Shown: positions 9,279 through 19,958, counted from the first letter of the stretch. The stretch is 58,889 bases of DNA from an uncultured Microbacterium sp. (GCA_964243215.1 CAXTES010000002.1:1-58889); one strand, 5' to 3'. Made by a program: numbers and translations. Notes: generated by a model not told the origin, from the sequence alone.

Positions 9279-10486
9279 CCGCGACGACTTTCACCCTCGA
9301 TCGCGCCGAACGGGCGCTGGACCGCGTGATGGTGACGGCGGGATGCGGGGAGCAGGCGCTGCGCCGCGCGTACGCCGCCGCGGTGTGGAGTTGCCTGGTC
9401 GAACCCGGTGACAGCACGGCGGGGCAGCTCATCGCGGCTTTCGGGTCGGATGCGGCGCTGCAGATCGTGAGCACGGGGCGCGCCGACGGGATCGCCGCTG
9501 CAGCATCCGGTCTCTCATCGAAAGACCTGACCGACGGGATCGCGCGGTGGCGGCCTCGCCTCGACACCGGCGCGATCGACCGCGCATTCGACAGCGCCGC
9601 GCGTGCGGGGGTGCGGTTGCTGACGCCGGATGACAGCCGATGGCCGGTGGCCGGCGACGACCTGGGCGCGCACGCCCCGGTGTGTCTGTGGGTGCGCGGC
9701 GACGTCGCCGCGCTCGGGCGTGCGGATCGCTCGCTGGCGATCGTCGGCGCGCGTGCGGCGACCGGATACGGCGAGCACGTGGCGATGGAACTGGCCGCCG
9801 AGCTCTCCGGTCGCGGTGTCACGATCGTTTCCGGCGCCGCGTACGGGATCGACGGCGCGGCGCACCGGGCGGCTCTGACGGCGGGGGGAATGACCGTCGC
9901 TCTCCTGGCCGGGGGTGTGGATCGTCCGTATCCGGCCGGTCATCACCGCCTGCTCGAACAGATCACGGCATCCGGTGCCGTCGCCAGCGAGGTGCCGTGC
10001 GGCACGGCCCCGACCAAGTGGCGTTTCCTGCAGCGCAATCGGCTGATCGCCGCGATGTCCGCCGCGACGATCGTGGTCGAAGCCGGCTGGCGCAGCGGCT
10101 CGCTCAACACCGCCGGCCACGCGGCGGGCCTCGGCCGGCCACTGGGCGCGGTGCCCGGCCCTGTCACCAGCGCCGCGTCGGCGGGATGTCACCGCCTGTT
10201 GCGCGAGTACGACGCCCGGTGCATCACCGGGCCCGACGATGCCGCCGAGCTGCTCGGGCTCGATGCGCGGGACGCATCGCTGTTCGACCCGGGCGGGGCG
10301 CCGCGCACCGACGATCGGACGCGGATCGTCGACGCGCTGACGAGTCGCACGTGGCGTGGCGTCGATGACATCGCTCGGCGCAGCGGCATGGCCCCGACGG
10401 ATGTCGAAGCGCAGCTGGGGATGCTGCAGCTGCTCGGCGAGGCGGAGTGCGACGGCTCGGGGTGGCGTCGCACCCCGCGCACGTGA
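9275..10486 (+). CDS. dprA: DNA-processing protein DprA
   Basis: AIVGARAAT, IVSGAAYGIDGAAH, FLQRNRLIA, VEAGWRSGSLNTA, AVPGPV; C-terminal winged helix. Confidence 0.95.
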   Translation: MTATTFTLDRAERALDRVMVTAGCGEQALRRAYAAAVWSCLVEPGDSTAGQLIAAFGSDAALQIVSTGRADGIAAAASGLSSKDLTDGIARWRPRLDTGAIDRAFDSAARAGVRLLTPDDSRWPVAGDDLGAHAPVCLWVRGDVAALGRADRSLAIVGARAATGYGEHVAMELAAELSGRGVTIVSGAAYGIDGAAHRAALTAGGMTVALLAGGVDRPYPAGHHRLLEQITASGAVASEVPCGTAPTKWRFLQRNRLIAAMSAATIVVEAGWRSGSLNTAGHAAGLGRPLGAVPGPVTSAASAGCHRLLREYDARCITGPDDAAELLGLDARDASLFDPGGAPRTDDRTRIVDALTSRTWRGVDDIARRSGMAPTDVEAQLGMLQLLGEAECDGSGWRRTPRT

Positions 10487-10589
10487 TCGGTGTCGGCGTG
10501 CCCGTGACGGCGCCCGTTCCGTCGAGTCGAGCTGAGTCCCCAACGGTGAGCCGCGTCGTCCCAGGTCCGGGGACGGGCATGCTGGAGGT

Positions 10590-11498
10590 ATGCGGGTGGT
10601 GGATGCAGCGGACGTGTATGCGGCGCATCTGGCCGGCGTGCGGCGGCTCTCGCCCGCCACCGTCCGGGCCTACCGATCGGACCTGGCCGACCTCGCCGCC
10701 TCGACCGGTGACATACCGCTCGTCGACATCGACCTGGAGCACCTTCGGGAGTGGCTGTGGACGGCGACCAAACGTGGCGACGCGCGCGCCACGCTCGCCC
10801 GCCGTGCGGCGGCGGCCCGGGGCTTCTTCGCATGGGCGCTCGAAGCCGGGTACTTGCCGACCGACCCGAGCCTGCGCCTGCTGGCTCCGAAGCGCCATCG
10901 CACGCTGCCGGCGGTCGCGACCGCGGATGCGCTGCGCGACCTGCTCGACCGGCTCGCAGCGACCGCTGCCGAAGGCGATCCGCTCGCTCTGCGCGACTCG
11001 GCGATCCTCGAGCTGCTGTACGGGTCCGCGTTGCGCGTCTCCGAACTGTGCGGACTCGACATCGACGATCTCGATCCGGGCAGGGCCACGGCGCGCGTCA
11101 CAGGCAAGGGCTCGAAGGAGCGCGTGGTGCCCTACGGGCGGCCCGCCGCGCGCGCGATCGAGGCGTATCTGGTGCGCGGGCGCCCGTCGCTGCGCGCCCG
11201 GTCCCGGGCCGCATCCGCCGGCACGGAGCTGTTCGTGGGGGCTCGTGGCGGCCGCATCGGACCTCGATCGGTCTACGACCTGGTCGCTCGGACGCTGGCG
11301 CCCGTCGTCGGCTCGTCGGCGGTGGGTCCGCACGCGCTGCGGCACTCGGCCGCCACCCACCTGCTCGACGGCGGAGCCGATCTTCGCGCGGTTCAGGAGA
11401 TGCTCGGACACGCGAGCCTGGGCACCACGCAGATCTACACGCACGTGTCGAGCGAGCGCCTCGCGGCGACGTATCGCCTGGCCCACCCCCGCGCCTGA
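10590..11498 (+). CDS. xerC: Tyrosine recombinase XerC
   Basis: [11 protein letters not shown] (R), [19 protein letters not shown] (HxxR), [12 protein letters not shown]; follows dprA. Confidence 0.93.
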   Translation: MRVVDAADVYAAHLAGVRRLSPATVRAYRSDLADLAASTGDIPLVDIDLEHLREWLWTATKRGDARATLARRAAAARGFFAWALEAGYLPTDPSLRLLAPKRHRTLPAVATADALRDLLDRLAATAAEGDPLALRDSAILELLYGSALRVSELCGLDIDDLDPGRATARVTGKGSKERVVPYGRPAARAIEAYLVRGRPSLRARSRAASAGTELFVGARGGRIGPRSVYDLVARTLAPVVGSSAVGPHALRHSAATHLLDGGADLRAVQEMLGHASLGTTQIYTHVSSERLAATYRLAHPRA

Positions 11499-11560
11499 GC
11501 ACAAGCGATTCATCGCCGCCGCTCAGCGAAGCACGCGCCACCCGGGGCTACGGTGGCCGG

Positions 11561-12268
11561 GTGGGGGTTCGCGGCGCAGTCGTGCTCGGTCTCGCCGCTG
11601 CCGCAGCTGTTGCGATCAGCGGGTGCAGCTCGCCCGGTCCCGCACCGTCTCCGACGCGACAGACCGGATCCGGCACACCGCTGCTGGTCGCGGTCGGCAA
11701 CTCCTTCGTCGGCGGGTCGCCCATGGACTCCGGCGCCGCATCCCGGTGGCCGGCACTGGTGGCCGACGCCGTCGGCGCGGATGTGGAGGTCATCTCCGCG
11801 GGCGCGTCGGGTTACCTCGCCGCCGGCGACGGCGGGCTGACGTATCAGGATCTCGTGGCGCGCATCCCGGCGGATGCCGACGTCGTCATCGTGATGGGAA
11901 GCGATGACGACGACGGCCGGTCCGAGAGCGACATCCAGGCAGCGGCTGTCCGCGCGCTGCAGGAGGCGCGCTCCCGTGCCCCCGAGGCGACACTGATCGT
12001 CGCATCGACGCCGTGGGTGGAGGCCGTCCCGCGGCAGGGGATCGTCATCACCCGGGATGCGGTGCGCGCGGCGGCCGATGAGATGGGCGCCGTCTTCGTG
12101 GACTCACTGGCCGAGGGGTGGCTGGTCACGGGGCCGCCGGGCCAGATCGGCTTCGACGGACTGCATCCGACCGATCTCGGACACGCCGAGATCGCCGATG
12201 ACCTGATTCCGGTCGTCGCGCAAGCCCTCGAGGGGCGGGACGAGTCACCGCCTACCCTCGGACCATGA
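11561..12268 (+). CDS. SGNH/GDSL hydrolase family lipoprotein
   Basis: Lipobox AISG-C; VGNSF (block I), GASGY, MGSDD, DGLHP; TACGGT -10 lies 6 nt before GTG. Confidence 0.8.
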   Translation: MGVRGAVVLGLAAAAAVAISGCSSPGPAPSPTRQTGSGTPLLVAVGNSFVGGSPMDSGAASRWPALVADAVGADVEVISAGASGYLAAGDGGLTYQDLVARIPADADVVIVMGSDDDDGRSESDIQAAAVRALQEARSRAPEATLIVASTPWVEAVPRQGIVITRDAVRAAADEMGAVFVDSLAEGWLVTGPPGQIGFDGLHPTDLGHAEIADDLIPVVAQALEGRDESPPTLGP

Positions 12269-13617
12269 CCATCAGTGCGAGCATCCTCATCCTCGGTGCA
12301 GGCGGCGACCTGACCAAACGACTGCTGTTGCCGGGGCTGGCGAGCCTGTTGAGCGTGTACGACTACGACGTGCAGGTGATCGGTGCGAGCTTGGACGAGC
12401 GCACGCAGGAGGAGTGGAAGGAGATGATCCGGGCGAGCTTCGCGCAGGTGCGCGACCCAGCCGATGCCGACCGGTTCCTCGAGTCGGCCAAGTACATCAC
12501 CGGGGACGTCACCGATGTCGAGTCGCTGCGGTCGATGCTCGCCGCGTGCGACCACTCGCCCGTCATGTACTTCGCGCTGCCGCCGGCGGTCACCGCGCGA
12601 GTGTGCGCGGCGCTGCGGCGGATCGACCTGCCGGATGACACGCGCCTCGCTCTGGAGAAGCCGTTCGGGGTCGACCTCGCTTCCGCGCAGGCCCTCGACC
12701 TGCTGATCGCTCGGCTCGTGCCCGAGCGGCAGGTGTTCCGCATCGATCACTTCCTCGGCATGTCGATGGTGCTGAACATCATCGGCCTGCGTTTCGCCAA
12801 CCGGTTCCTCGAGCCGGTGTGGAACGCGGCGAACGTCGAGCGGGTCGAGATCGTGTACGACGAGACGCTCGGGCTGGAGGGGCGCGGGGGGTACTACGAC
12901 AAGGCCGGCGCGCTGGTCGACATGCTGCAGAGCCACCTGCTCGAGGTGCTGGCGCTGGTGGCCATGGAGGAGCTTCCCAAGCTGGACGAGGTGGAGCTGC
13001 GCTCGAATGCGGCGCAGGTGCTCCGCTCCACGCGGCTGTGGAACGACGACCCGGTCACGGCGGGGAAGCGAGCGCGTTACACCGCCGGCCGGGTCGACGA
13101 CAAGAACCTGCCGTCGTACGTGGACGAGCCGGGCGTCGACCCCGGCCTGAACACCGAGACGCTCGCGCAGCTCGTGGTGGAGGTCGACACCTCGCGGTGG
13201 CGAGGGGTGCCCTTCGTGCTGCGCTCGGGCAAGGCGCTGGGGCAGAACCGCAAACAGGTGACCGTCTTCATGCGGCCCGTGCACCCGCTGCAGGGTTTCT
13301 TCGGTGCCCCGCAGCCGGACCGGGTGACGCTGGAGCTGAAGGCCGGTGAGGTGGAGCTGCTGGTCACGACGAACGGAAGCGGCGATCCGTTCACCCTGGA
13401 GCAGCAGACCCTGGAAGCGAAGATGGACCCCGGCGACATGCTCCCGTACGGCCAGGTGCTGCGCGGGATCTTCGACGGCGACCCGCTCCTGTCGGTGCGC
13501 GGCGACATGGCCGAGGAGTGCTGGCGCATCGTCGATCCGGTGATCGCGGCGTGGCGGGCCGGCACGGTGCCGCTCGAGGAGTATCCCGCCGGCTCAGCCG
13601 GCCCCGCCGGTTGGTGA
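12265..13617 (+). CDS. zwf: Glucose-6-phosphate dehydrogenase-family protein (divergent)
   Basis: GAGGDL, YFALPP, LEKPFG, RIDHFLG, RFAN, DMLQSH, RWRGVPFVLRSGK, YPAGSAGP. Confidence 0.88.
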   Translation: MTISASILILGAGGDLTKRLLLPGLASLLSVYDYDVQVIGASLDERTQEEWKEMIRASFAQVRDPADADRFLESAKYITGDVTDVESLRSMLAACDHSPVMYFALPPAVTARVCAALRRIDLPDDTRLALEKPFGVDLASAQALDLLIARLVPERQVFRIDHFLGMSMVLNIIGLRFANRFLEPVWNAANVERVEIVYDETLGLEGRGGYYDKAGALVDMLQSHLLEVLALVAMEELPKLDEVELRSNAAQVLRSTRLWNDDPVTAGKRARYTAGRVDDKNLPSYVDEPGVDPGLNTETLAQLVVEVDTSRWRGVPFVLRSGKALGQNRKQVTVFMRPVHPLQGFFGAPQPDRVTLELKAGEVELLVTTNGSGDPFTLEQQTLEAKMDPGDMLPYGQVLRGIFDGDPLLSVRGDMAEECWRIVDPVIAAWRAGTVPLEEYPAGSAGPAGW

Positions 13618-15558
13618 CGCGGCGCGGGCCTCGTGCGGCTTCGCGCCCAGGTCGCGGTCGCTGCCTTCGTCGGGGGATGCCGGCGCGTCGGTCGACCGAC
13701 CGTAGGTGCGGTCCGCGGCATCGGCCTGTTCGCCCTCGGTCTCCCCGACCACGAGCGGCAGCCGATCCTCATGACCTTTCTCGGCGGTCGCGATCGCATC
13801 GGCCGCGCGTACCAGACTCAGGTGCGACAGCGCCTGCGGGACGTTGCCCATCTGACGCCCGCGCGCCGGGTCGTACTCCTCGGTGAGCATTCCGACGTCG
13901 TTGACCAACGTGGTCAAGCGGTCCATGAGAGCGCGCGCGTCGGCGACGCGTCCTGACGCGGCGTACTGCTCGACGAGCCAGAACGAGCAGGCCAGGAATG
14001 GATGCTCCGTCCCGGGCAGTCCGTCGACCCCGCTCTCGGGCCGGTACCGCAGCAGCAGTCCGTCGACCATCAGGTCCTCTTCGATGGCTCTCACCGTGCC
14101 CGTCATCCGCGGGTCGTCGGCCGCGATGAAGCCGATCTGCGGCAACTGCAGCAGCGCAGCGTCGACCCCGCTCGCGCCGTAGTGCTGGACGAAGGTGTTG
14201 CGCTCGGCGTCGAAGCCGTGCGCGAAGATCTCGTCGCGGACGCGTTCACGCAATTGGATCCAGCGCCGCTCCTCGCCCGGCAGCCCGAAGTCCTCGACGG
14301 CTCGGACGCCGCGGTCGAACGCCGCCCAGACCATCGCCCGCGAATGGGTGAACTGCTGCTCGTCGCCGCGGATCTCCCAGATGCCGCGGTCCGGCTTCTC
14401 CCAGTTGTCTTCGAGGAACCCCAGCAGTGCGCGCTGCAGCGGCCACGACGCGCGCGTCTCCTCGAGGCCCGCGATGCGCGCGCCGTGCAACGCGACCATC
14501 ACCTCCCCGAAGATGTCCCACTGCCGCTGCAGGTAGGCCGCGTTTCCGATGCGCACCGGAACCGCACCGCCATACCCCGAGAGCTCGGGCAGTTCGTACT
14601 CGGGCAGTCGCCGCTCGCCGGCGATCCCGTACATGATCTGCACGTCGGCGGGGTCTCCGGCGATCGCGCGCAGCAGCCAGCCGCGCCACTCCTCGGCCTC
14701 GGCGCGGTAGCCGTGGGTCATCAGGACGCCGATCGTCAAGGCGGCGTCGCGCAACCAGACGTAGCGGTAGTCCCAGTTGCGCACCCCGCCCTGCTCCTCG
14801 GGGAGGCTCGTGGTGACGGCGGCGACGATGCCGCCGGTGTCCTCGTTGGTCATCGCGCGCAGGAACAGCAGTGACCGTTGCACCTGGTCGTCGTACGGCG
14901 ACGGAGGCTCGCTGCGAGCGGCCCAGTCCTCCCACCACCCGACGGTGTCGCGCAGCGCCGCATCCACGTCGACGGGGTCGGGCGGCTCGCGATGGGACGG
15001 GTACCACGTCAGGGTGAGGTCGACCGTGTCACCCGCTGCCACGTCGAATGTAGAACTGTGTCGCAGTCCGTCGGCGCGCCGCCGCGGACCGCCGATCAGC
15101 ACGGCGTCCGGTCCCGCGGCGGCCAGCAGCGCCGTGCGGCCGCCGTGCTGAACCTGCCGGATCCACGGCAACGCGGCGCTGTAGTCGAATCGGACCCGGA
15201 TGACCTCGTGGAATCGCACGACGCCGGTCAGTCCGCGGATGCGCCTGACGAGATTGGCGCGCCTGTCGTGCAGCGGCATGAACTCCAGCACCTCCGCCTC
15301 GCCGCCCGCGGTGCGCCAAACCGTCCGCAGCACGAAGGTGCCCGGCAGGTACGCGCGCTCGGAGCCGGTGATCGGGCCCTCGGGTGCGACGGTCCAGTGA
15401 CCCGCCTCCTCGGAGTCCAGAAGTGCGGCGAACAGCGACGCCGAGTCGAATCGCGGCATGCACAGCCAGTCGAGTGAGCCGTGGCGCGAGATCAGGGCCG
15501 CGGTGTGCAGGTCGCCGATCATCGCGTAATCCTCGATCGGCATCGGATATGGGCTCAT
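13594..15558 (-). CDS. Glycoside hydrolase family 15 (trehalase/glucoamylase-like)
   Basis: IEDYAMIGD, WLCMPRFDS, TTSLPE, RNWDYRYVWLRD, GIWEIRG, FLACSFW, GNVPQALSH; TACCGT -10 lies 6 nt before ATG. Confidence 0.92.
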   Translation of the reverse strand: MSPYPMPIEDYAMIGDLHTAALISRHGSLDWLCMPRFDSASLFAALLDSEEAGHWTVAPEGPITGSERAYLPGTFVLRTVWRTAGGEAEVLEFMPLHDRRANLVRRIRGLTGVVRFHEVIRVRFDYSAALPWIRQVQHGGRTALLAAAGPDAVLIGGPRRRADGLRHSSTFDVAAGDTVDLTLTWYPSHREPPDPVDVDAALRDTVGWWEDWAARSEPPSPYDDQVQRSLLFLRAMTNEDTGGIVAAVTTSLPEEQGGVRNWDYRYVWLRDAALTIGVLMTHGYRAEAEEWRGWLLRAIAGDPADVQIMYGIAGERRLPEYELPELSGYGGAVPVRIGNAAYLQRQWDIFGEVMVALHGARIAGLEETRASWPLQRALLGFLEDNWEKPDRGIWEIRGDEQQFTHSRAMVWAAFDRGVRAVEDFGLPGEERRWIQLRERVRDEIFAHGFDAERNTFVQHYGASGVDAALLQLPQIGFIAADDPRMTGTVRAIEEDLMVDGLLLRYRPESGVDGLPGTEHPFLACSFWLVEQYAASGRVADARALMDRLTTLVNDVGMLTEEYDPARGRQMGNVPQALSHLSLVRAADAIATAEKGHEDRLPLVVGETEGEQADAADRTYGRSTDAPASPDEGSDRDLGAKPHEARAASPTGGAG

Positions 15559-15619
15559 TCCCGAACGGTATGCGCGAAACCGCACGGCCGCGACCACTTG
15601 CCATCACGTCAGCGGACCT

Positions 15620-16153
15620 CTAGGGGTACGGGGCGCAGCAGGGCAGCAGCACCGCCCGCGGAATGCCGCCCAGCAGCAGCATCGGGTTGATGTACTCGCC
15701 GTCGAGACGGACCCCGAAGTGCACGGCGCCGGCAGCGGTGTGTCCGCCGAGCGAGATGACGCCCACCTCGTCCGCCCGCTCGACGACATCGCCGGGCCGC
15801 AGCGCCGAATCCACCGGCTCGAGCGTGGTGACCAGTCCGTCGCCGTGGTCGATGGTGAGGATGCCACGACCGGCCACCTGACCCGAGAACGCCACCACGC
15901 CACCGGCGGGAGCGCGCACGACCGGCGACGTCATCGGCCGCAGGTCGATGCCCCGATGCCCGGGACCGTAAGCGTGCGCGGGCGCCACGAACGGCCGCAC
16001 CAGCCGGAAGCCGTCCACTGGCCAGATCCACCCGGCGGCGGCCAGGTCGACCGCCTCGACCGTGCGAGCCGCGGCCGGGGTCGAACCGCCGACGACGGGG
16101 CCGATGGCCAGACACAGCGCCACGGCGACGGCCAGACGTGCGTCGCGAACCAT
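15620..16153 (-). CDS. M23 family metallopeptidase (secreted)
   Basis: Signal peptide; WPV, GHRGIDL, VHFGVR, YINP; usual position divergent from rpsB. Confidence 0.88.
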   Translation of the reverse strand: MVRDARLAVAVALCLAIGPVVGGSTPAAARTVEAVDLAAAGWIWPVDGFRLVRPFVAPAHAYGPGHRGIDLRPMTSPVVRAPAGGVVAFSGQVAGRGILTIDHGDGLVTTLEPVDSALRPGDVVERADEVGVISLGGHTAAGAVHFGVRLDGEYINPMLLLGGIPRAVLLPCCAPYP

Positions 16154-16457
16154 CCGGCCATGCTCGTGCCCCCGCCACCCGAGCGGTGCCCGGATGCGCC
16201 GATCGGTGCACTGCCGCGCCTTCGGGCCTCGCTGGGGAGGAACGGTTGCGGCTGGTACACTGGATGCGCACCCCGCTCGTCGGGGTGACTACGCGTGCCC
16301 ATAGCGCAGGCGTGGCCGATCCGGTCGCGCAGCGCGGCATCCACTCCCACCGGTCCCCGTATCGGGGCGGGCGTGTGCCGGGTACCAGGAATGCCGACCG
16401 ACCGGTCCGGCGACAAACCGCAACAGGCGCGCATCGCGCCGGAACAGGAGAACGGCC

Positions 16458-17576
16458 ATGGCCGTCGTCACCATCCGCCAGCTGCTCGACAGCGGCGTGC
16501 ACTTCGGGCACCAGACCCGACGGTGGAACCCGAAAGTCAAGCGCTTCATCCTCACCGAGCGCAGCGGCATCCACATCATCGACCTGCAGCAGTCGCTGGC
16601 CTACATCGACAAGGCGTACGAGTTCGTCAAGGAGACCGTCGCCCACGGTGGCACGGTGCTGTTCGTCGGCACCAAGAAGCAGGCGCAGGAGGTGCTCGCC
16701 GAGCAGGCGACCCGCGTCGGTCAGCCGTACGTGAACCAGCGCTGGCTCGGTGGGCTGCTCACCAACTTCCAGACCGTCTCGAAGCGGCTGGCGCGCATGA
16801 AGGAGCTCGAGGAGCTCGACTACGAGAACCCGGCGGAGAGCGGCCTGACCAAGAAGGAGCTGCTGCTGAAGAAGCGCGAGCTCGACAAGCTGCACAAGTC
16901 GCTCGGCGGCATCCGCAACCTGCAGAAGACCCCGTCGGCGATCTGGGTCGTCGACGCCAAGCGCGAGCACCTCGCCGTCGACGAGGCCAAGAAGCTCGGC
17001 ATCCCGGTCATCGGCATCCTCGACACCAACGCCGACCCCGACGAGTTCCAGTACCCGATCCCGGGCAACGACGACGCGATCCGGTCGGTGGCGCTGCTGA
17101 CACGCATCATCGCGGACGCGGCCGCCGAGGGTCTGATCCAGCGGCACAACCCGACCGACGAGTCGGCCGAGGCCGAGCCGCTGGCCGACTGGGAGCGCGA
17201 GCTGCTCGAGCAGAGCGCGCCGGCGCAGTCCTCCGCGGAGACGGAGAGGGTGGCCGACGTGAACGAGGCCAAGGCCGAGGAAGCTGAGCTGGTCGGCGCG
17301 GAGCAGTCGGTCGTGGCCGAGTCGGCCACCGAGTCCGAGGCCGACGCCGCCGGTGCCGCCGCGCACGATGAGGCCATCGCGGCTGCCGCCGGCCAGTCCG
17401 CCGACGCTGTCGCAGATGCCGAGGCCGCCGCGAACGCGCCGGTTCCCGTGGTCGACGTGCCGACCGTCATCGATGAAGCCCTCGCGGACGAGCCCGTGGC
17501 CGACGCGGCCGAGTCTGCCACCGAGGCCGACGCCGAGCCGCTGGTCGCGACCATCGCCGAGGCCACCGACCGGTAG
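16458..17576 (+). CDS. rpsB: 30S ribosomal protein S2 with long acidic Ala/Glu-rich C-terminal tail
   Basis: [47 protein letters not shown]; RBS aggag. Confidence 0.98.
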   Translation: MAVVTIRQLLDSGVHFGHQTRRWNPKVKRFILTERSGIHIIDLQQSLAYIDKAYEFVKETVAHGGTVLFVGTKKQAQEVLAEQATRVGQPYVNQRWLGGLLTNFQTVSKRLARMKELEELDYENPAESGLTKKELLLKKRELDKLHKSLGGIRNLQKTPSAIWVVDAKREHLAVDEAKKLGIPVIGILDTNADPDEFQYPIPGNDDAIRSVALLTRIIADAAAEGLIQRHNPTDESAEAEPLADWERELLEQSAPAQSSAETERVADVNEAKAEEAELVGAEQSVVAESATESEADAAGAAAHDEAIAAAAGQSADAVADAEAAANAPVPVVDVPTVIDEALADEPVADAAESATEADAEPLVATIAEATDR

Positions 17577-17686
17577 CCGACCGGGCAGACGCACCCGGCG
17601 GGGTCGTCCTTCGGTTTCGACGACCGGAGACGGCTCCGCTGAGGCATCCCACACCAGCATCCACCACACGCAAGGAGCCGCCACCC

Positions 17687-18532
17687 ATGGCAAACTTCAC
17701 CATCGCCGACATCAAGTCGCTGCGCGAGCAGCTCGGAACGGGCATGGTCGACACCAAGAAGGCGCTCGAGGAGGCCGACGGCGACCTTGAGCGCGCCGTC
17801 GAGATCCTGCGCCTGAAAGGCGCGAAGGGCAACGCCAAGCGCGCCGACCGTTCCACCAGCGAGGGCATCGTCGTCGCCCGCGAGAGCGACGGCGCCGTCA
17901 CCCTGATCGAGCTGGCGTGCGAGACCGACTTCGTCGCGAAGAACGATCGGTTCATCGCGCTCGCCGAGAAGGTCGCGGATGCCGCGGCCGCCGTCTCGGC
18001 CGACTCGGTCGACGCGGCGCTGACCGCCAGCACCGCGTCCTCGACGGGCTCGGGAACCGGCACGGTCGAACAGCTCATCTCCGACGAGGCCGCCATCATC
18101 GGCGAGAAGATCGAGCTGCGCCGCGTGCGCACGCTGCGCGGCGAGCACTTCGAGGTGTACCTGCACAAGACCAGCAAGGACCTCCCGCCGCAGATCGGCG
18201 TGGTCGTCGCCTACACCGGCGACGATGCCGAGACCGCCCGCAGCATCGCTCAGCACATCTCGTTCGCGAACCCGTCGTACCTGACCCGCGACGATGTGCC
18301 GGATGCCGACGTCGAAAAGGAACGGCAGATCGTCACCGAGATCTCGCGCAACGAGGGAAAACCCGACGCCGCACTGCCGAAGATCGTCGAGGGGCGGGTG
18401 AACGCCTTCTTCAAGCAGGTCGCCCTCCTCGACCAGGATTACGCGAAGGACAACAAGCTGTCCGTCGGCCAGGTCGCCAAGGACGCCGGCATCACGGTCA
18501 CCGATTTCGCCCGGTTCAAAGTCGGCGCGTAA
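17687..18532 (+). CDS. tsf: Elongation factor Ts
   Basis: LREQLGTGMVDTKKAL, ELACETDFVAKN, IGEKIELRR, LLDQDY. Confidence 0.97.
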   Translation: MANFTIADIKSLREQLGTGMVDTKKALEEADGDLERAVEILRLKGAKGNAKRADRSTSEGIVVARESDGAVTLIELACETDFVAKNDRFIALAEKVADAAAAVSADSVDAALTASTASSTGSGTGTVEQLISDEAAIIGEKIELRRVRTLRGEHFEVYLHKTSKDLPPQIGVVVAYTGDDAETARSIAQHISFANPSYLTRDDVPDADVEKERQIVTEISRNEGKPDAALPKIVEGRVNAFFKQVALLDQDYAKDNKLSVGQVAKDAGITVTDFARFKVGA

Positions 18533-18541
18533 CGCGTCGGT

Positions 18542-18575
18542 CGAAGGCCCGCACCCGATCCGGTGCGGGCCTTCG
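18542..18575 (+). terminator. Intrinsic terminator hairpin after tsf
   Basis: cgaaggcccgcacc-cgatcc-ggtgcgggccttcg, perfect 14-bp stem. Confidence 0.8.
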
Positions 18576-18614
18576 CGTTGCCGTACCGTGTTACAGGCGA
18601 CGAGAGGATGACGC

Positions 18615-19334
18615 GTGATCGATGAGGCGACCGGCCGCCGGCGTGTACTGCTCAAACTCTCCGGGGAAGCATTCGGCGGCGGCCAACTGGGGGTCAACCC
18701 CGACATCGTCAGCCAGATCGCGCAGGAGATCGCCGCCGCCGTGGACCGCGTGGAGATCTCCGTGGTCGTAGGCGGGGGGAACTTCTTCCGCGGCGCGGAG
18801 CTGAGCCAGCGCGGCATGGACCGCGGTCGCGCCGACTACATGGGCATGCTCGGCACGGTCATGAACGCGCTGGCGCTGCAGGACTTCCTCGAGCAGGCCG
18901 GCGCGGCCACCCGTGTGCAGTCGGCGATCTCGATGACCCAGGTCGCCGAACCCTACATCCCGCGTCGCGCGCAGCGGCACATGGAGAAGGGCCGGGTCGT
19001 GATCTTCGGCGCCGGCGCCGGATTGCCGTACTTCTCCACCGACACCGTGGCGGCCCAGCGTGCGCTCGAGATCGGTGCGAACGAGGTGCTCCTGGCCAAG
19101 CACGGTGTCGACGGGGTGTACACCGCCGACCCGAGGAAGGATGCCACGGCGACCCGCATCGAGCGGATCACGTACTTCGACGCGCTGCAGCGCGGACTCA
19201 AGGTCGTCGATTCGACCGCGTTCAGCCTGTGCATGGACAACGGCATGGACATGCGCGTGTTCGGGATGGAGCCGGCGGGCAACATCACCCGGGCGCTGCT
19301 GGGCGACCCGATCGGCACGGTCGTGACGGTGTGA
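18615..19334 (+). CDS. pyrH: Uridylate kinase
   Basis: [47 protein letters not shown]. Confidence 0.97.
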   Translation: MIDEATGRRRVLLKLSGEAFGGGQLGVNPDIVSQIAQEIAAAVDRVEISVVVGGGNFFRGAELSQRGMDRGRADYMGMLGTVMNALALQDFLEQAGAATRVQSAISMTQVAEPYIPRRAQRHMEKGRVVIFGAGAGLPYFSTDTVAAQRALEIGANEVLLAKHGVDGVYTADPRKDATATRIERITYFDALQRGLKVVDSTAFSLCMDNGMDMRVFGMEPAGNITRALLGDPIGTVVTV

Positions 19335-19396
19335 CCTTCGAGGCGCACCGAGCCCCCCATTAGACTGAGCCGCACGCCGTACCGATAGGAGCACCA

Positions 19397-19951
19397 GTGA
19401 TCGCCGACGTGTTGGCCGACGCAGTGTCGCGCATGGACCGGGCCGTCGAGGCCGCGAAAGACGACTTCGCGACCGTGCGCACCGGACGGGCGAACCCGCA
19501 GCTGTTCCAGAAGATCATGGTCGACTACTACGGGTCGCCGACGCCGCTGGCCCAGCTGGCGTCGCTGAACAATCCGGAGGCGCGAACCCTCGTCGTGACC
19601 CCGTACGACAAGTCGGCGCTCAAGGCGATCGAGCAGGCGATTCGCGATACGCCGAACCTGGGCGCCAACCCCACCAACGACGGCACACTCGTGCGGGTGA
19701 CCCTGCCGGAGCTGACCGAGGAGCGACGCCGCGAGTTCGTCAAACTGGTGCGTGCGAAGGGCGAGGATGCCAAGGTCCATGTGCGCGGCATCCGTCGCAA
19801 GTCCAAGGACGACCTCGACGAGCTTAAGAGCGACGTCGGCGAAGACGAGGTGAGCCGGGCCGAGAAGGAGCTGGACGTCCTCACGCGCACGCACGTCGAT
19901 GCGATCGACGAGGCGCTCAAGCGCAAAGAGGCAGAACTGCTCGAGGTGTGA
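19397..19951 (+). CDS. frr: Ribosome recycling factor
   Basis: [27 protein letters not shown]; RBS aggag. Confidence 0.97.
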   Translation: MIADVLADAVSRMDRAVEAAKDDFATVRTGRANPQLFQKIMVDYYGSPTPLAQLASLNNPEARTLVVTPYDKSALKAIEQAIRDTPNLGANPTNDGTLVRVTLPELTEERRREFVKLVRAKGEDAKVHVRGIRRKSKDDLDELKSDVGEDEVSRAEKELDVLTRTHVDAIDEALKRKEAELLEV

Positions 19952-19958
19952 GACCCTC

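Noticed and set aside
10590-11498. Phage or island integrase marking a mobile element
   Set aside because: About 300 aa with no arm-binding domain and in the conserved dprA-xerC position; no att repeats or cargo signatures seen.
15609-18817. Long antisense ORFs (694 and 665 aa) over rpsB/tsf and many similar shadow ORFs
   Set aside because: Expected in about 70% GC DNA with strong codon bias; no recognisable motifs or translation signals.
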